Origin: Cirrosporium novae-zelandiae
Lineage: Eukaryota
Direction of reading: 5' to 3'
Assembly: GCA_026023565.1 (NCBI GenBank)
Contig: JAPETS010000016.1
Location: 248,001 to 312,000, forward strand
Length of the DNA stretch: 64,000 bases
Both the position numbers and the translations under genes were made by a program. This document shows, piece by piece, positions 61,374 to 64,000 of this stretch. Position 1 is the stretch's first letter. Each line of letters opens with the position of its first letter. Under the pieces are notes generated by a model. It made no database searches, was not told where the DNA came from, and worked only from the letters and a program-made list of their open reading frames with translations.

Positions 61374-63143
61374 TTATGAAGAACTGCTCACTCCCGTGGT
61401 ACTGATGATGAAACTGGCAGCTTTGTCGGCATCCTCGCCATATGACAAGTGACCTGTTCCGCTGCCAGTGCCCGTAGACCCGCAGAGCGAATCTCCGCTG
61501 GCACAGAATGATTTCACCTTGCTGTCCGCAATACTTCCCAGAGAAGAGCCGTTCTCGGGATCTCCAAACACTACAACCGCATCTACCTGATCTGCGCTGA
61601 GAGAGCCAGCTGCATTGTGGACTACCATGGCACCTTGAGAGTAGCCGGAGATGGCAATCTTAGTGTTGGGACACTGTGATAGGGCTTCCTTGACTAGTTT
61701 TACCATGACTGGACCACCGTTGGCGCCCAATTCGGCATTCCCCTGGACGTAGATAAGTTAGCATTGTATCACCTAATATTTGTCCATGTGTCGAAGAAAC
61801 AAGTAAAATCTTACCGCAATGCTAGCATCATAGTCAACTCCTTGAACGTTGACCGAGTTATCACCCAGTGACGACTTCAAAGCACTGAACATTGGAGGAC
61901 CGGCGATCGTGCCAACGTTGCCACTTTCACTAGAGCCACGAGCAAAGACGACGGTCAAAGGCTTGCAGGAGGCTTTGTTGGTGACATCGTTTTCCTCCGA
62001 GGATCCTGTTCCAGTTAGAGAACCCAGGGACAAGCTTTAAGGGTCAGCACCTCTTGCTTTAACAGTTGAGCCAGAGAGACCACTCAACCCAGATGAACTA
62101 CCAAGCGAACTCAACGACCCAAACCCAGAAGATGTACCAGAGCCCAATGATCCAAGCCCTCCAATACCGGAAGTCAGGGAACCCAATCCAGAAGAGGTGC
62201 CAGAGCCAAGACTAAGACCAGAGGTCAGAGAGCCCAGCCCAGAAGATGTTCCAGAGCCTAGGGATCCGACTCCGCTGGCAATGCCTTGACGTTTTTCCAA
62301 CCCCGTTAAATCGCCAAGTCCTGAGGAGCTCTCGGATGACCCTCCTAAAGAACTCAACGATCCAAGCCCGGAGGACGAGCCAGAGTCCAATGACCCAAGA
62401 CCAGATGTCAGAGAACCCAAACCAGACGATGTGCCTGTACCAGAGCCCAAGGAACCCAAAGACCCAAGACCACTTGCAATCCCTTGACGTTTTTCCAATC
62501 CTGTTAAATCACCGAGCCCCGAAGAGCTTTCAGATGATCCTCCTAGAGAACTCAACGACCCAAGCCCAGAAGATGAGCCAGAGTCCAATGAGCCAAGACC
62601 AGAGGACAGAGAGCCCAAGCCAGATGACGTGCCTGAACCAGAACCCAAGGAGCCTAAAGACCCAAGACCACTTGCAATCCCTTGACGTTCCTCTAAATTT
62701 ACTACGTCACTGGGTTCTGAACTTGCAGGCGACCCTCCAGCCGAACCCAATGATCCAAGCCCAGAAGATGATCCAGAACTCAAGGAACCAAGTCCCGCGG
62801 ATGCAGTTGGAATAGCAAAGCTCGATCCTATTCCACCGGGGATGCTGATACTAGGTAGCCCTGACAAACTCTCAAGACCACTAACACCCCCCAGCCCACT
62901 GAGCTGTCGCTTCTCGATTTTCCCAGCCTCTCCTGTAGGAATGCTGAGTGATGAACCTTCTGTGAGCGGAATGCCCATGCTTGGAATGCCCATACTAGGC
63001 GAGCCTGTTGGAAATGGAAAATCGCCCGATGGGATTGGGAATGGAGGAGATAGTAGGCCGGAGGCACGACGATACGGTCCGGCTGGAGCTGCGAATGCAG
63101 ATGCGGTAAAAGCCAGAATGGCTGCTGCTGTTTCAGTCTTCAT
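61374..63143 (-). CDS. Cutinase (CE5) with a long N-terminal Kex2-processed Gly/Ser/Leu repeat region
   Basis: Signal MKTETAAAILAFTASAFA and repeats ending in EKR/EER. Cutinase domain CKPLTVVFARGS, VQGVDYDA, CPNTKIAISGYSQG (GxSxG), VVFGDP, FCASGDSLC, HLSYG. Clear intron 61814-61743. Probable intron 62088-62035 removes the in-frame TAA at 62039-62037. Confidence 0.85.
62091..62684 (-). repeat. 198-nt (66-aa) coding tandem repeat: two near-identical units plus a diverged third
   Basis: The QGIASG codons start at 62684, 62486 and 62288 (period 198). Confidence 0.92.
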
Positions 63144-64000
63144 ATTGCTGGCTGGTGGGGGATAACGAGGAAAGATGGATTCTGGAAAATTAATTCAATG
63201 AAATAAAGAATGTCAAAGCTATCAAAGCTTGAAGAATGAATGAATATGCAGGACTGATGCTGATGAACAAGAAGACAGACTTGCAGAACCACTGCAGCGT
63301 CTTTATAGTAAAGGGAGGTCTAGGTAGACACACACTAGAATCAAGATGCACGTATCACGCTCAAACTCTCGAGTTCACAGTAGATGGACCGCGGCTAATG
63401 AAGCTTGATGTGCACTAAAACCGATTTAAGGAAATATGAAAGGATCGAAAACCGTCCCGTGGACCTAGGTAATGTAAAGCTAGGTACAAGGACAGAACAG
63501 ACTGTACAATAATATCAGATGCTGGGATATATGTAGGTTTAGTGGAGCCTATGAGCCACAAAAAAGCTATATGTCGTCAATTCCCTAGGCAATAGGGCTT
63601 CAAACTTCAAGATACTACCGAATTGGTCTAATTTCAAAAGGGTATGCATATATACCGAGGCGATTTTCCATTTCCCGAGTAGCAATTGTAGATAAATAGG
63701 GATAGTATAACACATTAAGGATGAACGTGGACCACTATAGAGCAAGGTCTTAAGACAGTGCTTCTGGGTGAGCAGCCCTTGGTGGTGATCATTAAACTCA
63801 GATCAGCAGAGAAGGTTATAAGAAACGTTTCGGCACATCCGAGGCAGTTTCAACGTCTTTGGAGGCTGCATGAACATCGGGTTATGTGCCGGGCGAGGAA
63901 GTATTCACAGGGTCATACAACCACAATGGAAAAAAGTAGGAATCCCCCCGTTATTTAATATAAAGACCCATTTATTTGGAAGGATTGGCACAAAGCTACT

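Noticed and set aside
62246..62815. 189-aa plus-strand repeat ORF, and a dikaritin-type RiPP interpretation of the repeats
   Set aside because: The ORF is the antisense shadow of the coding repeat. The repeat units lack the aromatic core residues typical of ustiloxin-type precursors, and no DUF3328/UstY gene is visible in the window (the right flank is truncated).

Overview
Eukaryotic DNA from a filamentous ascomycete (Pezizomycotina). It has short GT-AG introns with CTRAC branch sites and microsatellite/homopolymer-rich intergenic DNA. I found no rRNA, tRNA, CRISPR array or intact transposon. About 17 intact intron-containing or single-exon genes can be modelled by eye: TauD-family dioxygenase, APC15/Mnd2, CHZ1, a fungal TF-domain protein, GST, enoyl-reductase-like oxidoreductase, TRI101-like acetyltransferase, GH43, arylsulfotransferase, coatomer beta, mago nashi, GID4/VID24, UBTD-like, GPATCH1-like, KIN1, an MFS monocarboxylate-type transporter and a kelch-like TM protein. 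There are also two damaged genes: a BCAT relic with RIP-like TGG>TAG stops, and a conserved-looking hypothetical gene with ATG>ATA plus a frameshift. The most striking locus is 61374-63143(-). It encodes a secreted precursor of Kex2-cleavable, Gln-initiated Gly/Ser/Leu repeat peptides. These are in the same reading frame as a complete cutinase and are separated from it by one TAA, which lies inside a plausible weak 54-nt (3n) intron. This suggests a peptide+cutinase polyprotein with a splicing switch. All family calls come from motif recognition, not database searches.
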